Shown here piece after piece: positions 1 to 10,284 of a stretch of 53,871 nt of DNA. A program made the position numbers and the translations under genes. The notes beneath the pieces are model-generated. The model saw only the letters and a list, made by a program, of their open reading frames with translations. It did no database searches and was not told where the DNA came from. Source of the stretch: a virus (Duplodnaviria; Heunggongvirae; Uroviricota; Caudoviricetes); the IMG/VR virus record IMGVR_UViG_2718218453_000001, positions 1 through 53,871 of that record, one strand, 5' to 3'. Each line of letters begins with the position of its first letter. Position 1 is the stretch's first letter.

Positions 1-1374
1 ATGTTAGTTAGTAAAAGCAACGGATTTAACGCTAGCGCAGTTTTGGGTAGTGGAAGTTATAATGAAAATAAATCTTCTAAACACATGGAGCTACTAGCTC
101 ATAGTATTTTAAAATTAATTTGTAAGAAAGCTGCATCAGAGACGTATCGCGGTGCTCTTGAAACTTTACAAAAAATGATGTCTGAATGTATATATCAAGA
201 AGGCAACGCCTTTGTCATTATGGGAGCTGGAGAACAATTAAAACGTATTAAATATGAAGTTGGTGAAAATAACTTAAAGGTATTCAACGTACACTTTAAT
301 AATAATCACGAGTTAGTTAGTTCTGGTGAGCCTGACGTAATATGTTTAAGCAAGCAGGTCTGGGAAAATCTTCTCATTAAACTAAAGCTGGAAAACAATG
401 AAAATGTGTTTTCTGAAACTAAAAAATTATCGAATAAAAATAATGCCGATCAGTTTTTTGAATGCGCTAAAAGAAATGAACAGAACCTTTTCGATAATAT
501 AAGAAAAAGTGATTTTCATGTTGGTTTACTTAAGCCAAGTAGTACGCGTAGTGTTATTTTAGAAACGCCGCCAAATGTCTGTATGGAATCACGTAATTCA
601 TATGAAAACAAAATAGATGAGATTTCATCTTTGTCAGAGTCAAAGGAACACCCCATAGATATTCAAGAAAAAAAAGATGCGTTTGTGAATGAGTTCAAGG
701 GGATATTATTTGATAAAAATGGAAGGTCTTCAGAGTTTCTACTTAATTTTTATGAATGTTGCTATGAGTTTTTACCAAGAGCGCAGCCTCAGGATAAAAT
801 CGAAAGCTATAATTCAGCACTGCAAGCTTTCTCCATCTTTTGTTCATCTACGTTGATACATAATAATATAGGCTTTGATTTCAAATTATTTCCAGAAGTC
901 AAACTGTGTGGGGAAAATCTTGAAACGGTATTCAAATATAAAAATGGCGATGATGTCCGGGAGATAGCCAAAATTAACATTACTCTCCAAAAAGAAGAGG
1001 ATGGTTTATATAATTTAGGTGGATTGGATTTTAAGGGATGCTTCTTTTCTGGACAGAACTTCAGTAACTATGATATTCAATATGTGAACTGGGGAACGTC
1101 ATTGTTTGATCTTGATACTCCGTGTATTTTTAATGCGCCTGCTTACAACAAGAGTAATGAAAAATCATTAAAACCTGTGAGCGAAAACGGTTTAAGTGGA
1201 GTCTTGACTGATCGTAATAATAAAATAAAACTCATCACGGGCGTGGCACCATTCGATGATATTTTATTTATGGATGATGACTTTGATGATAGTTCCTCTG
1301 AGGATGATCCCGTTGAGAATAGTCCTGTTGTGACTAGTCCCGTTGTATCAAGTTCTAAAAGCAGTTTTCAATGA
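1..1374 (+). CDS. Hypothetical AT-rich protein (457 aa) with pentapeptide-repeat-like stretch; possible effector-like cargo
   Basis: ORF from ATG at 1 to stop at 1372-1374; visibly AT-rich; C-terminal region LGGLDFKGCFFSGQNFSNYDIQYVNWGTSLFDLD reads like irregular pentapeptide repeats; acidic Ser/Asp-rich tail. Family not recognised with certainty. Confidence 0.5.
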   Translation: MLVSKSNGFNASAVLGSGSYNENKSSKHMELLAHSILKLICKKAASETYRGALETLQKMMSECIYQEGNAFVIMGAGEQLKRIKYEVGENNLKVFNVHFNNNHELVSSGEPDVICLSKQVWENLLIKLKLENNENVFSETKKLSNKNNADQFFECAKRNEQNLFDNIRKSDFHVGLLKPSSTRSVILETPPNVCMESRNSYENKIDEISSLSESKEHPIDIQEKKDAFVNEFKGILFDKNGRSSEFLLNFYECCYEFLPRAQPQDKIESYNSALQAFSIFCSSTLIHNNIGFDFKLFPEVKLCGENLETVFKYKNGDDVREIAKINITLQKEEDGLYNLGGLDFKGCFFSGQNFSNYDIQYVNWGTSLFDLDTPCIFNAPAYNKSNEKSLKPVSENGLSGVLTDRNNKIKLITGVAPFDDILFMDDDFDDSSSEDDPVENSPVVTSPVVSSSKSSFQ

Positions 1375-1467
1375 TTAATAAATGGCTATTTTTACAAAGA
1401 GATAATAACGTAGATTGAAACAATATGTATTATTGATTGATTAAACGGGATTATTTTTTACACTACA

Positions 1468-1560
1468 ACCATTTTGCTGCCACTACCAAAGAAAAAGGGG
1501 CTACGCTTTCACGTAACCCCTTGATTTATTTGTTGAGCTGGCGGTGTCTGAATTGGTGCT
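1468..1560. repeat. att-like remnant: copy of phage-supplied ssrA terminator flank plus degenerate ssrA 3' core
   Basis: 1468-1531 matches 52750-52811 with a single mismatch seen, including the AAGGGG...CCCCTT hairpin; followed by a degenerate tmRNA 3' end (ttgagctggcggtgtctgaatt versus tggagctggcgggagttgaacc). Confidence 0.7.
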
Positions 1561-1649
1561 GTAATTGGTTGAAATATTTATTCTAATGTCTGGTTCAACT
1601 TTCCTTAGCTGCCTGAAAGTTTTTTTGATCTTACCCATCAATAATAGGG

Positions 1650-1760
1650 TTACGGTACACCACGCCTGACTGATGAACTGCGTGCTCAGGGTTACCTCTT
1701 CAACGTAAAACCGTGGCAGGAGGTCCGGACTGAAAAAACTGCTCAGGACATTATCGGCGG
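1650..1760 (+). pseudogene. Possible IS3-family transposase fragment
   Basis: Short open frame translating YGTPRLTDELRAQGYLFNVK, reminiscent of IS3-family transposase N-terminal region; no intact gene. Confidence 0.3.
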
Positions 1761-1948
1761 TGGACGCACGGGTAGTCTGTAAACCGAACCGACTGGGGCG
1801 CAGTATGTGGCATCTTGTCGTGCTGTTGGAGGAGCTGTGCAAACGTGGTATTAACTTTCGTGCTCTGGCCCAATCTATATTTGCCCAACAATGGGGGGAC
1901 GAATGCTGTAAAAGTAAAAGAATCTGCGATCTCAAAGTTATTGTGTGA
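1760..1948 (+). pseudogene. Serine recombinase (DNA invertase, Pin/Hin-like) fragment
   Basis: Translation KPNRLGRSMWHLVVLLEELCKRGINFRALAQSI matches the conserved LDRLGRS...ELRERGINFRSL block of Hin/Gin/Pin invertases, then diverges; no N-terminal catalytic region. Confidence 0.6.
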
Positions 1949-2277
1949 TTTTTATGTGAGCAGAAGATATTCATCAGAAACGATTATGTAAATCATTTTA
2001 TTTTGCCGACGACCTGATTGTCGAAAGAAAAGAATACCCCCGTATTCCCTGAATAGATTGACTTTTTTATCCAACCATACTTCAGCGCACTGCGTTTAAA
2101 AAATGCTTCTTTCTTATGTGGAATATCATCATTTCATCATGATGTCTTTGATGAGCGGTGAACACAATACACTTGCGCTGTCTCTTCAGGATGAATCCCC
2201 TGGTCTGGTGCCTGTGGGCTGATGTTGCAGCAGAGCTAAGGTCGCTTAAACGCTACTCAGTATTCACTTTTCAGAGG

Positions 2278-5187
2278 ATGAAATTTATGAACAGGACCAG
2301 TCCCCATTATTGTCGCCGCTCAGTACTTTCCTTATTGATATCTGCCTTGATATATGCCCCGCCCGGTATGGCGGCCTTCACTCCTGATGTTATTGGTGTG
2401 GTAAACGATGAGACTGTAGATGGCAACCAAAAAGTGGATGAACGAGGTACAACAAATAACACTCATATTATCAACCATGGCCAGCAGAATGTTCATGGCG
2501 GGGTATCTAATGGAAGTCTTATTGAATCTGGTGGATATCAAGATATAGGAAGTCATAACAATTTTGTGGGGCAGGCTAATAATACAACCATTAACGGTGG
2601 CAGACAGTCAATTCATGACGGGGGTATTTCCACAGGTACGACAATCGAGAGTGGCAATCAGGACGTTTATAAAGGGGGTATCAGCAATGGAACGACAATT
2701 AAGGGCGGTGCTTCACGCGTAGAGGGAGGGAGTGCGAATGGAATACTCATTGATGGTGGTAGCCAGATAGTAAAAGTTCAAGGGCATGCTGATGGTACAA
2801 CGATAAATAAGTCTGGCTCTCAGGACGTAGTACAAGGAAGTCTGGCAACGAACACAACCATAAATGGTGGTCGACAGTATGTTGAACAGAGCACAGTAGA
2901 AACAACAACCATTAAAAATGGCGGTGAGCAAAGAGTATATGAGAGCCGTGCGCTGGACACGACGATTGAAGGCGGAACTCAGTCTCTGAATAGTAAGTCA
3001 ACGGCAAAAATTACGCAGATCTATTCTGGTGGCACGCAAATTGTTGATAACACCAGCACCTCGGATGTTATTGAAGTTTATTCCGGTGGCGTGCTTGATG
3101 TTAGTGGTGGTACGGCAACAAATGTTACCCAGCACGATGGTGCAATTTTAAAAACAAACACTAACGGTACGACGGTGAGCGGTACGAATAGTGAAGGTGC
3201 ATTCTCCATCCACAATAAAGTGGAAGACAATGTGTTGCTGGAAAATGGAGGCCATTTAGAAGTATCTCATTCCGCAAACAAGACGATTATTAAAGATAAA
3301 GGAACAATGTCAGTTTTAACGAATGCTAAAGCTGATGCGACCCGAATAGATAATGGCGGGGTTATGGATGTTGCAGGAAACGCGACAAATACCATAATTA
3401 ATGGTGGCACACAGAATCTTAATAATTATGGCATAGCCACAGGCACCAATATCAACAGCGGAACGCAAAATATCAAAAGCGGTGGGAAAGCTGACACAAC
3501 AATTATATCCTCCGGGAGCCAGCAAGTTGTTGAGAAAGATGGTACGGCAATTGGCAGCAATATTAGCGCCGGAGGCTCGCTGATTGTCTATACCGGCGGT
3601 ATTGCACATGGGGTTAACCAGGAGACGGGCAGTGCTTTAGTTGCCAACACGGGCGCAGGGACTGATATTGAAGGATACAACAAGCTCTCTCACTTCACTA
3701 TTACCGGAGGGGAGGCTAATTATGTTGTGCTGGAAAATACCGGCGAACTGACGGTAGTGGCTAAAACCTCGGCGAAAAATACTACCGTTGATGCTGGCGG
3801 TAAGCTGATTGTCCAGAAGGAGGCTAAAACAGATACCACCAGACTTAATAATGGTGGCGTTCTGGAGGTTCAGGACGGTGGTGAGGCTAAGCATGTTGAG
3901 CAACAATCCGGCGGCGCATTAATTGCTTCCACAACTTCCGGAACCCTTATCGAAGGAACCAACAGTTATGGTGATGCTTTCTACATCAGGAATTCAGAAG
4001 CTAAAAATGTAGTGCTGGAAAACGCTGGCTCATTAACAGTCGTCACTGGTTCCCGGGCAGTTGATACGATTATTAATGCCAACGGCAAAATGGATGTTTA
4101 TGGAAAAGATGTTGGCACTGTACTTAATAGTGCTGGCACCCAAACAATATATGCCAGTGCCACTTCTGATAAAGCAAATATCAAAGGTGGCAAGCAAACG
4201 GTATATGGTTTAGCCACTGAGGCAAATATTGAAAGTGGTGAACAAATTGTTGATGGTGGGTCAACTGACAAAACGCACATCAATGGCGGCACACAAACCG
4301 TTCAGAATTATGGTAAGGCGATCAATACCGATATCGTCTCTGGCCTACAACAAATTATGGCAAACGGGATAGCGGAAGGTTCCATTATTAATGGGTGTTC
4401 ACAGGTAGTTAATGAGGGCGGTCTGGCTGAAAACTCGGTGCTTAATGACGGCGGCACACTCGATGTGCGGGAGAAAGGCAGCGCAACGGGGATACAGCAG
4501 AGTAGCCAGGGCGCTTTGGTTGCAACCACCAGGGCGACGCGGGTCACAGGAACACGCGCGGATGGCGTCGCGTTCAGCATCGAGCAGGGTGCGGCGAACA
4601 ATATCCTGCTGGCAAATGGCGGCGTGTTAACCGTGGAGTCAGACACCTCTTCTGACAAAACACAGGTCAATACGGGCGGACGGGAGATCGTCAAAACAAA
4701 AGCCACTGCGACAGGCACGACGCTCACCGGCGGCGAACAAATCGTCGAGGGGGTGGCGAATGAGACAACGATTAACGACGGCGGAATACAAACAGTTTCA
4801 GCTAACGGAGAGGCAATAAAAACAAAGATCAATGAAGGCGGTACGCTGACAGTTAACGATAATGGCAAAGCGACAGATATCGTCCAGAACAGCGGTGCCG
4901 CTCTCCAGACGAGCACGGCTAACGGTATTGAAATCAGCGGTACTCACCAGTACGGCACTTTTTCCATTTCCGGCAATTTAGCGACCAATATGTTGCTGGA
5001 AAATGGCGGTAATTTATTGGTATTAGCAGGTACCGAAGCTCGCGACTCCACGGTTGGCAGCGGTGGAGCCGCCAACGGCAGTTATCGCAGCTACGGGCTG
5101 GGCGGTCACATTGAAACCGGGATGCGATTTACCGATGGTAACTGGAACCTGACGCCGTATGCATCGTTAACGGGGGTTCACCGCTGA
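2278..5187 (+). CDS. AIDA-I/Ag43-type autotransporter adhesin, passenger domain (apparently disrupted gene)
   Basis: Signal-peptide-like N-terminus (MKFMNRTSPHYCRRSVLSLLISALIYAPPGMAAF); long run of about 19-residue Gly/Thr-rich repeats typical of beta-helical passengers; frame ends at TGA 5185-5187 inside beta-domain-like sequence. Confidence 0.7.
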   Translation: MKFMNRTSPHYCRRSVLSLLISALIYAPPGMAAFTPDVIGVVNDETVDGNQKVDERGTTNNTHIINHGQQNVHGGVSNGSLIESGGYQDIGSHNNFVGQANNTTINGGRQSIHDGGISTGTTIESGNQDVYKGGISNGTTIKGGASRVEGGSANGILIDGGSQIVKVQGHADGTTINKSGSQDVVQGSLATNTTINGGRQYVEQSTVETTTIKNGGEQRVYESRALDTTIEGGTQSLNSKSTAKITQIYSGGTQIVDNTSTSDVIEVYSGGVLDVSGGTATNVTQHDGAILKTNTNGTTVSGTNSEGAFSIHNKVEDNVLLENGGHLEVSHSANKTIIKDKGTMSVLTNAKADATRIDNGGVMDVAGNATNTIINGGTQNLNNYGIATGTNINSGTQNIKSGGKADTTIISSGSQQVVEKDGTAIGSNISAGGSLIVYTGGIAHGVNQETGSALVANTGAGTDIEGYNKLSHFTITGGEANYVVLENTGELTVVAKTSAKNTTVDAGGKLIVQKEAKTDTTRLNNGGVLEVQDGGEAKHVEQQSGGALIASTTSGTLIEGTNSYGDAFYIRNSEAKNVVLENAGSLTVVTGSRAVDTIINANGKMDVYGKDVGTVLNSAGTQTIYASATSDKANIKGGKQTVYGLATEANIESGEQIVDGGSTDKTHINGGTQTVQNYGKAINTDIVSGLQQIMANGIAEGSIINGCSQVVNEGGLAENSVLNDGGTLDVREKGSATGIQQSSQGALVATTRATRVTGTRADGVAFSIEQGAANNILLANGGVLTVESDTSSDKTQVNTGGREIVKTKATATGTTLTGGEQIVEGVANETTINDGGIQTVSANGEAIKTKINEGGTLTVNDNGKATDIVQNSGAALQTSTANGIEISGTHQYGTFSISGNLATNMLLENGGNLLVLAGTEARDSTVGSGGAANGSYRSYGLGGHIETGMRFTDGNWNLTPYASLTGVHR

Positions 5188-5215
5188 TAACCCTGAATAT
5201 CATTTATCCAATGGC

Positions 5216-5542
5216 ATGGAATCGAAATCAGTCGATACCCGCAGTTTATATCGTGAACTGGGTGCAACGCTGAGTTACAACATGCGTCTGGGGAACGGTA
5301 TGGAAGTTGAGCCGTGGCTGAAGGCGGCTGTGCGCAAAGAATTTGTCGATGATAACCGGGTGAAAGTGAATAGTGACGGTAATTTCGTCAATGATTTGTC
5401 GGGCAGACGTGGAATATACCAGGCAGGTATTAAAGCCTCATTCAGCAGTACGTTAAGCGGGCATCTTGGGGTGGGGTATAGCCATGGTGCCGGTGTGGAA
5501 TCCCCGTGGAACGGGGTAGCTGGTGTGAACTGGTCGTTCTGA
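5216..5542 (+). pseudogene. Autotransporter beta-barrel C-terminal fragment in a different frame
   Basis: 108-aa ORF ending ...GVNWSF (aromatic C-terminus typical of autotransporter barrels); frame-shifted relative to the passenger ORF and too short for a full translocator domain. Confidence 0.6.
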
Positions 5543-5552
5543 CCATCAACGA

Positions 5553-5577
5553 AAAAGCCCACATCTGTGGGCTTTCA
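5553..5577. terminator. Hairpin downstream of autotransporter
   Basis: Inverted repeat aaagcccaca / tgtgggcttt with 3-nt loop; the T-run is on the minus-strand side. Confidence 0.4.
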
Positions 5578-5696
5578 TGTCACCAGGAGCCGCGGCTCCT
5601 TTGCGTATCCTTTTATGTCTCTTCACCGTCTGGTCGGTGTCCTGCTGAGACTGCTAACTTCCTGTTTTTATTGGTGTTGTCCTTATACCGTCCAAT

Positions 5697-5725
5697 CATG
5701 ATTGGCTGGCGGAGTCTGAATTTGT
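5697..5725. repeat. Degenerate ssrA 3' core copy (distal att of the satellite)
   Basis: ttggctggcggagtctgaatttg resembles the tmRNA 3' end and the degenerate copy at 1532-1560. Confidence 0.35.
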
Positions 5726-5774
5726 ATGTTATATCTATGTTTTAATTGGTTATTTATTTAAGTTGTTTTTGTTT

Positions 5775-5793
5775 GTATACCTAAGCGTATACC
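5775..5793. promoter_or_regulatory. Two GTATACC direct repeats (candidate integrase arm-type sites)
   Basis: GTATACC at 5775 and 5787; the same heptamer recurs four times next to the P4-type int gene at 17968-18014. Confidence 0.4.
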
Positions 5794-5880
5794 AATAGCG
5801 GGGTGCAATACTTATTGAACTTTAAAAAAATCACGCTAAATAGGTCTTCTATATTCAAAAAAACTCTTTTTTCAATAAAT

Positions 5881-5958
5881 TGTTCACACTGTTCACTTTG
5901 GATTTTTACCATTCAAAATCAAGGAAATAGAAGTTAACTGTACGGTGAAGAGTGAACA
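5881..5958. promoter_or_regulatory. Iteron cluster (candidate satellite ori for alpha protein)
   Basis: TGTTCAC at 5881 and 5890 and the inverse GTGAACA at 5952 (variant GGTGAAG at 5944), just downstream of the alpha 3' end; P4 ori/crr are known to contain TGTTCACC-type iterons. Confidence 0.4.
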
Positions 5959-5983
5959 GATAACTCTACATTCTTGTGCCAGC

Positions 5984-6012
5984 AAAAATAAAACCCGGCA
6001 TCAGCCGGGTTA
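5984..6012 (-). terminator. Rho-independent terminator of alpha operon
   Basis: Stem aacccggc / gccgggtt with 5-nt loop, followed on the minus strand by a T-run (plus-strand aaaaataaa). Confidence 0.6.
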
Positions 6013-6019
6013 GTTGTAA

Positions 6020-8353
6020 TTATTTGATTGTTGGCTCATCGCACTTGGGTAGCCAGTCTGCATTACTTTCCTCTTTTAAAGTGAGGTTAGTCTGCATTCC
6101 CTGATTAGTTCGCCGTTTCTCATAATGTAGCCCGTACTCCTTCAGCATGACTGGCAACCCTTTGCCAAACATCGTAAGACTCAGGGTGTTTTTATATCCA
6201 TTAGCCTCCATGTATACGAGGTAGGCATGGTAAAGGTAGGTACGTGGCTGGCGTGGGACAATATTGGCGTTCCCCATAAACATGCCGTTGGTGTCAGGTA
6301 ATGCCTCAAGATAGCCACAAAAATCAAATGCTGGATCAGCATCACGCTTGATGGTGAGAGCCTCATCAGAATTCTGCTGCGACTGAAGCAATGTTCTGGC
6401 GCTCATCGGATCGCTGAAACGCTGCATGAGCTGGCGAACAATCACAGCCAGTTCTCGTGCAATTTTATCTTTCAGCTGCGGATCGCGTTCTTCCGGTGCT
6501 ATCTGCTCAGGAAAATGCAGAATAACTCTCCTGCGGGACACACCACCACTGCGATCAGTGAAGCGCATAGGATTATTATTTACGGCCAGGATAACCGCCG
6601 GAATATGTGTTGAATAAGCATTCTGATATTTGGGGTCCACCGATACCGCATCGCCACCAGTTATAGCCTTAAGCCCGGCGCCGTCGCCGCTCCACTTCTC
6701 CTGATCAGGCAGGCGAATAAGAGAAAAACCTATCAGAGCCGCACGTTCTCGCGGGGACTCCAGCGTTTCAATGGTCGCAGAGGTGGCGTTATCCTCTCCA
6801 GCAAGCATGGTCGCAATTTCAGCCAGAATACTTTTGCCACTTCCACCAGGGCCAGTCACTTCCAGAAAGAGCTGCCAGTCATAGCGATTCGCCAGCACCA
6901 TAAATAACGCCGCAAGAATAATGTCGCGTTTTTCTGGCTTGTGTCCGGCAGCCCGGTCCAGCCAGCGCCAGAATGCCGGGGCATGAGTTTCAAGCGTTTC
7001 CCCCTCTACCGGTGGCGTGAAATCGACTTCACACAGGGTACGCAGCCAGTTCTCTTTACAGTGCGGACTAAACAGCCCTGTTCGCGTATCGAGGACGCCA
7101 TTACGAAAACCGATCAGATGACGTGCCGGATTTTGCTGCTGCGGAACAATTAACTTTAATGTTTCCACCAGTGAAGCAATTTTTCCTGAGGAAAACGGTG
7201 CACCGAGGCGCTGGAAAAGGGCTGCGACATCTCGGGCAAAATCTGACTGAGAAATCACTTTCCACGCTCCAGACTCGTAGCGGGATAAAAGCTGCCCGTT
7301 CGGATCAACCGCCAGTGCATCCCTGTAATGCTCCCGAACCCTCTGAGCTTTTTCGCTGACACTCATCGCTGTGAATTCTGCTTCACTCATTGTGTCGAAA
7401 GGACTGGCGTTATGTGGCTTCAAAGCCTCAAGAATTGCCTTCCGGGTGGATTCCTCTCCGTATTGGGTAAGCGCATCATTCCAGTCACCAAAAACCGGTG
7501 GCTGCACAATGTCACACTGACACGCTTTTGCAGCAGTTTCAGCCCTGTTCTGGCCTGAACCATTCAGATCGCGGTCCGCTGCAATAATTAACTGATATCC
7601 CGGATACTTGTTATGGGCAACGCTGGCCAGAGAAAGAAAGTTGACCGACGAAAATGCCACCATGACGGCTTCTCCTGTCAGATGACGAATGGTAAGCGCC
7701 GTGGCGTAACCTTCCGCAATCCACATCCTTCTTACAGAACTCCCGCCCCCTTCTATCAGATGATAGGCCTCCTTAACCTGACCTCCTTTAAGAAAACACT
7801 TGCTACCATTGCCACTGATAAGCTGAATATTCACCAGTTCCCCGTCAGCGTTATAGAGCGGGACGATCAAATCACCGGGGTGGAACATCACCCCACCGGT
7901 TTTATGACCTGAAGTCAGCTCATGGCAAATATGCTCCGGGAAACCTTTATGTGTAAGATAAGTATTTCCGGCAGATTCACGCGAGGCTTGCAGTAGTCGC
8001 GCGGCAAGTGCTGCTGCCGCCTGTTTCCCGCCATCTGTATCTGCGGTTGACGTCCAGACTCCAGAAGAGGCTGAAGACAGACTATGTGTCAGTCCATGTA
8101 TCCTGTCTGCTGCTTCACTGATATCCACATTCAGTACCTTGCTGACAAGCGCTAAACCGTCCCCAGCCCCGCACTGGTTGCAGAACCATGTTCCACGTCC
8201 TTCCAGATCGTCGAAGCGAAAACGATCTTTACCGGCGCAGACCGGACAAGGCTGATGGCGATTTTTCAGTATGTTCATACCCAGCGCTGGCAAAATCCGC
8301 GCCCAGTGACCGCGGGCAGCCTTCACGGCCTGACTGACTTTCATTCCTGACAT
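6020..8353 (-). CDS. alpha: P4 alpha-like primase-helicase
   Basis: Zinc-binding primase motif CPVCAGKDRFRF...CNQCGAGDG, Walker A GPGGSGKS; 777 aa from the ATG at 8353 (GGGAG RBS upstream), same size as P4 alpha. Confidence 0.9.
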   Translation of the reverse strand: MSGMKVSQAVKAARGHWARILPALGMNILKNRHQPCPVCAGKDRFRFDDLEGRGTWFCNQCGAGDGLALVSKVLNVDISEAADRIHGLTHSLSSASSGVWTSTADTDGGKQAAAALAARLLQASRESAGNTYLTHKGFPEHICHELTSGHKTGGVMFHPGDLIVPLYNADGELVNIQLISGNGSKCFLKGGQVKEAYHLIEGGGSSVRRMWIAEGYATALTIRHLTGEAVMVAFSSVNFLSLASVAHNKYPGYQLIIAADRDLNGSGQNRAETAAKACQCDIVQPPVFGDWNDALTQYGEESTRKAILEALKPHNASPFDTMSEAEFTAMSVSEKAQRVREHYRDALAVDPNGQLLSRYESGAWKVISQSDFARDVAALFQRLGAPFSSGKIASLVETLKLIVPQQQNPARHLIGFRNGVLDTRTGLFSPHCKENWLRTLCEVDFTPPVEGETLETHAPAFWRWLDRAAGHKPEKRDIILAALFMVLANRYDWQLFLEVTGPGGSGKSILAEIATMLAGEDNATSATIETLESPRERAALIGFSLIRLPDQEKWSGDGAGLKAITGGDAVSVDPKYQNAYSTHIPAVILAVNNNPMRFTDRSGGVSRRRVILHFPEQIAPEERDPQLKDKIARELAVIVRQLMQRFSDPMSARTLLQSQQNSDEALTIKRDADPAFDFCGYLEALPDTNGMFMGNANIVPRQPRTYLYHAYLVYMEANGYKNTLSLTMFGKGLPVMLKEYGLHYEKRRTNQGMQTNLTLKEESNADWLPKCDEPTIK

Positions 8354-8367
8354 GATGCAGTTCTCCC

Positions 8368-8691
8368 TCAGTGTAAAACCGGCTTTATAATGTGACGGAC
8401 GCATAACTCATCCATTACGGCTATTCCGAGCTGGGAGAGTGCGGGGCAGGACATTAGAGGACCGGATTCCATCAGGTCTGAAAGCAGGGCGCAGGCGATT
8501 TCCATGCCTTTTGTTTGCCCGTGCTGTCGCAGATAAAAACCTTCAAGCTCACGGGCAATGGCGGTTTCAATTTCATCCAGAGTGAGCTGCAGGTGGCGGT
8601 TGTGCTGATGGCAGATACTCAGCCAGGCGCAGGCAACCGCGCGGCGATATAACGCCAGCCGAAGTGAGAGGGGAAGAGTGCGTGATTTCAT
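8368..8691 (-). CDS. Hypothetical protein (satellite regulatory region, Cnr-position)
   Basis: 107-aa ORF immediately upstream of alpha, co-directional; assignment by position only. Confidence 0.45.
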   Translation of the reverse strand: MKSRTLPLSLRLALYRRAVACAWLSICHQHNRHLQLTLDEIETAIARELEGFYLRQHGQTKGMEIACALLSDLMESGPLMSCPALSQLGIAVMDELCVRHIIKPVLH

Positions 8692-8915
8692 TGCACCACC
8701 TCCTTGTTCATCAGGTCATCCTGGCAACGCTGTACCACGCCATCAAGCTGTTCTGTCATCAGATAAATCAGGGAAACCAGTTGCTCACATTGAGCACCTG
8801 CAGGTTTTTCATAGCAGTCCTGAAGAACAGCCATTCCGGTGACAAATTCCCCCACGTTACGAAGATGCTTGAGGCGGACAATATCGTCATAAGAAATTGC
8901 GGCGTGATTCATCAC
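8688..8915 (-). CDS. Hypothetical small protein
   Basis: 75-aa ORF with 4-nt overlap to the next gene, same operon. Confidence 0.4.
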   Translation of the reverse strand: MMNHAAISYDDIVRLKHLRNVGEFVTGMAVLQDCYEKPAGAQCEQLVSLIYLMTEQLDGVVQRCQDDLMNKEVVQ

Positions 8916-9463
8916 ATCACCTCCCCGGCAGGCAGCCGTGCAGAAAGGGAGAGCACATAATCACGGACCAGCGAAAGGCGTGCAAAGCGCTCATCGCAGG
9001 CCACGGTGCGAAGCATACAGATGCGGGGTTGAGTGTCAGCACGGCGGATTGCGGCAAGCACAAAGACATATTGCGGGTAAAACGGGGTGAGGGTTGTAGC
9101 CATGATGGCAGCCTCCATTGAGTAGCGGTTATTGCTACCACCGGAAACGCCAATTTCACTGGTGGCAGCCCGAACGGGGTTGGCGTAACCGGCCTCAATG
9201 GATACCGGCCAGCCCGAAGGCTGCCCCGCCCGGACTGCCATTATCTCGAAAGAACCACGGTGTACGCATAAACACCACAGCCTGGAAAATGGGTGTGCCA
9301 GAGCTTCGACGAAAAAAAAGACGCTTGGCGCGTCTGGTGTCGCCATTGAGTTTCGCGGAACGCCAATTCCGGCTGCCGATTTTGCGGCAGCGGAAAAACT
9401 ATACCTGGAAATGACTGCAGGATGCAAGCCAGAAAAATGGGGATTAATGCGTTCAGGCATCAT
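8912..9463 (-). CDS. Hypothetical protein, start uncertain
   Basis: ORF coupled to the alpA stop; N-terminal half has odd composition, so the true start may be internal (for example [10 protein letters not shown]...). Confidence 0.35.
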   Translation of the reverse strand: MMPERINPHFSGLHPAVISRYSFSAAAKSAAGIGVPRNSMATPDAPSVFFFVEALAHPFSRLWCLCVHRGSFEIMAVRAGQPSGWPVSIEAGYANPVRAATSEIGVSGGSNNRYSMEAAIMATTLTPFYPQYVFVLAAIRRADTQPRICMLRTVACDERFARLSLVRDYVLSLSARLPAGEVM

Positions 9464-9723
9464 TATGCATCACATCCCCGTCCGCGGGCACTTATACGAT
9501 CCGCCATCCATGCGCTTACCTCTGACTGTGCCCAGGCAACATTTTTACCACCAAGCGGGATCTGCTTCGGGAAAGCATCGCGGCTTATCAGGTCGTATAT
9601 AGTTGAGCGGGACAAGCCGCATAAATGCATCACCTCGGGAAGACGTAAAAATCGCTCATGCTGGTTCAGCACAGGAAATAATGGCGCAGCCGGAGCTGGC
9701 GCAGAAACAGAAATATCATGCAT
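9463..9723 (-). CDS. alpA: AlpA-family transcriptional regulator / excisionase-like
   Basis: Motif [22 protein letters not shown]...[23 protein letters not shown] typical of AlpA/Vis-family HTH proteins. Confidence 0.85.
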   Translation of the reverse strand: MHDISVSAPAPAAPLFPVLNQHERFLRLPEVMHLCGLSRSTIYDLISRDAFPKQIPLGGKNVAWAQSEVSAWMADRISARGRGCDA

Positions 9724-10284
9724 TTATCTACCCTCTTTAATTCCTTCATCAGTCCGGATAAATCCCCCCGGATTCAGGTAGTTCCTTATTATGTATATAT
9801 TTCTCGCTTACGCACCCATTATTTATTTAGCGTCACATATTGATTTAATGGAATTTAAAACTATATCAAACCACATAAAATGGCATGATAGATATTATGT
9901 CTGCGAACTATAAATACAGGGACATTAATAGGAACTAACTTTCATCCAGGGGTTACTACCCCATAAGTCATAGAACTTAATGGTACTGAAACCGCAACCC
10001 ATTCAGCAGGGATGCACAATTTCTACATATGGCTTTACATTGCAAACCTAACTTCAGGATATACTCATGAATTGCATCAAGCTCAGAAGAATTAGAACCG
10101 CATAAAATCAATAACCACGCATTCTTAACCTAAAAATATATCCAAATAAATTCATAAAAGACCGAGCAGTTCTAGTTTTATAAAAATCAGATTGAAATGC
10201 AACACCAGGGAAAGGGGGGAATCATGTTATTTCCCGGCAAAGAAAAATCGTCTATTTCATCATCTGTTGAATACTACTGAAGAG

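Noticed and set aside
1501-1974. 157-aa minus-strand ORF spanning the att remnant and invertase fragment
   Set aside because: It overlaps the copied terminator/att sequence and the plus-strand invertase remnant, so it is most likely a chance open frame in decayed DNA.
2332-4916. Several minus-strand and overlapping ORFs within the autotransporter passenger region
   Set aside because: Embedded in the repetitive passenger coding sequence with Cys- and Ser-rich nonsense-like translations; no RBS or independent support.
2400-5100. Possible CRISPR array or other DNA-level tandem repeat in the adhesin region
   Set aside because: Periodicity is at the protein level (about 19-aa repeats with degenerate DNA); no short identical direct repeats with unique spacers and no cas genes.
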